Virus record (IMG/VR): IMGVR_UViG_3300032323_000448
Span: 1 to 54,160 of that record
Length of the DNA stretch: 54,160 nucleotides
Reading direction: 5' to 3' (one strand)
Origin: a virus
Taxonomy: Duplodnaviria > Caudoviricetes
Shown here: piece after piece, positions 53,646-54,160 of the stretch
Position numbering within the stretch: position 1 is the stretch's first letter
Layout: each line of letters begins with the position of its first letter
Position numbers and translations under genes: made by a program
The notes under the pieces: generated by a model
Databases searched by the model: none
What the model saw: the letters and a program-made list of their open reading frames with translations, nothing else
Told to the model about the DNA's origin: nothing

Positions 53646-54160
53646 TACTGTTTACTCCTTGAAAGCATGGTTGCTGCGATCTGCAAGAGGACGCGGTACT
53701 GATCCACATCCGGCGGTTCTTCTTTCCATCCCACGGTGATCTGGCCGACCAGCTTCCCAGGCTCTGGAGGAACCCCCACCCGGCAGCCGTAGGTCATTCC
53801 CTTTTCCATGTACCACAGACCAATCTCAGACTGCGCGGTCTTGTAGTGACTGCACGGGATCTCACCGGCCATCAGCGCCACAACGTCCCTATTGTTGGCG
53901 ACATTGGAGGTGAAAAGGCCCACATCCAGCCCGTCGTGCTCCTTCTCCCTGCCCTGCTTGGTGTACGCCCGATGCAAGACGCGGGTGCCAAACATGGGGT
54001 TCACCTTGAATATAGCTACGACTGTAGCGTCGGTGTTCCGAAATAGATGCGCCGCAGCATCCTCCACTCGATCTTCAGCGATGCTGGGGAGCTTTTGCTG
54101 CTCCTTGTAGGCCCCGATCAGGAAGGCTTGGTTCTGCCAGACAAAGTACCCCACGAACGC
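53645..54160 (-). CDS. Hypothetical protein (5' end outside window)
   Basis: Open frame to the window edge, coupled to the holin. Confidence 0.6.
   Translation of the reverse strand, partial: AFVGYFVWQNQAFLIGAYKEQQKLPSIAEDRVEDAAAHLFRNTDATVVAIFKVNPMFGTRVLHRAYTKQGREKEHDGLDVGLFTSNVANNRDVVALMAGEIPCSHYKTAQSEIGLWYMEKGMTYGCRVGVPPEPGKLVGQITVGWKEEPPDVDQYRVLLQIAATMLSRSKQ

Overview
About 54 kb, probably most of one GC-rich tailed-phage genome (podovirus-like tail; probably a proteobacterial host, which is inference). The minus strand carries tail fibres (1-7.1 kb), head genes (Mu gpT-like MCP, scaffold, GroES, portal), two large modular polyvalent-type proteins, terminase, many small accessory ORFs, a DUF1376/YdaU initiator and a Cro-like gene. 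A short plus-strand operon (38.2-41.7 kb) holds an SSB-like protein, an exonuclease and an N4 gp49/Sf6 gp66-family protein. Ejection, tail and lysis genes follow on the minus strand. I saw no integrase, CI repressor, DNA polymerase, tRNA or CRISPR array. Most notable: (1) a promoter-driven cluster of structured non-coding RNAs at 25.0-26.2 kb, including a ~350-nt multi-helix RNA; (2) a remote copy of the initiator's 11-bp iteron-like repeats; (3) a recurring hydrophobic-[A/K]-x-G-G motif delimiting shuffled modules in predicted capsid-cargo proteins; (4) a loop-E leader RNA ahead of a candidate nucleotide-sponge gene. All calls are by eye; no searches or folding programs were run.
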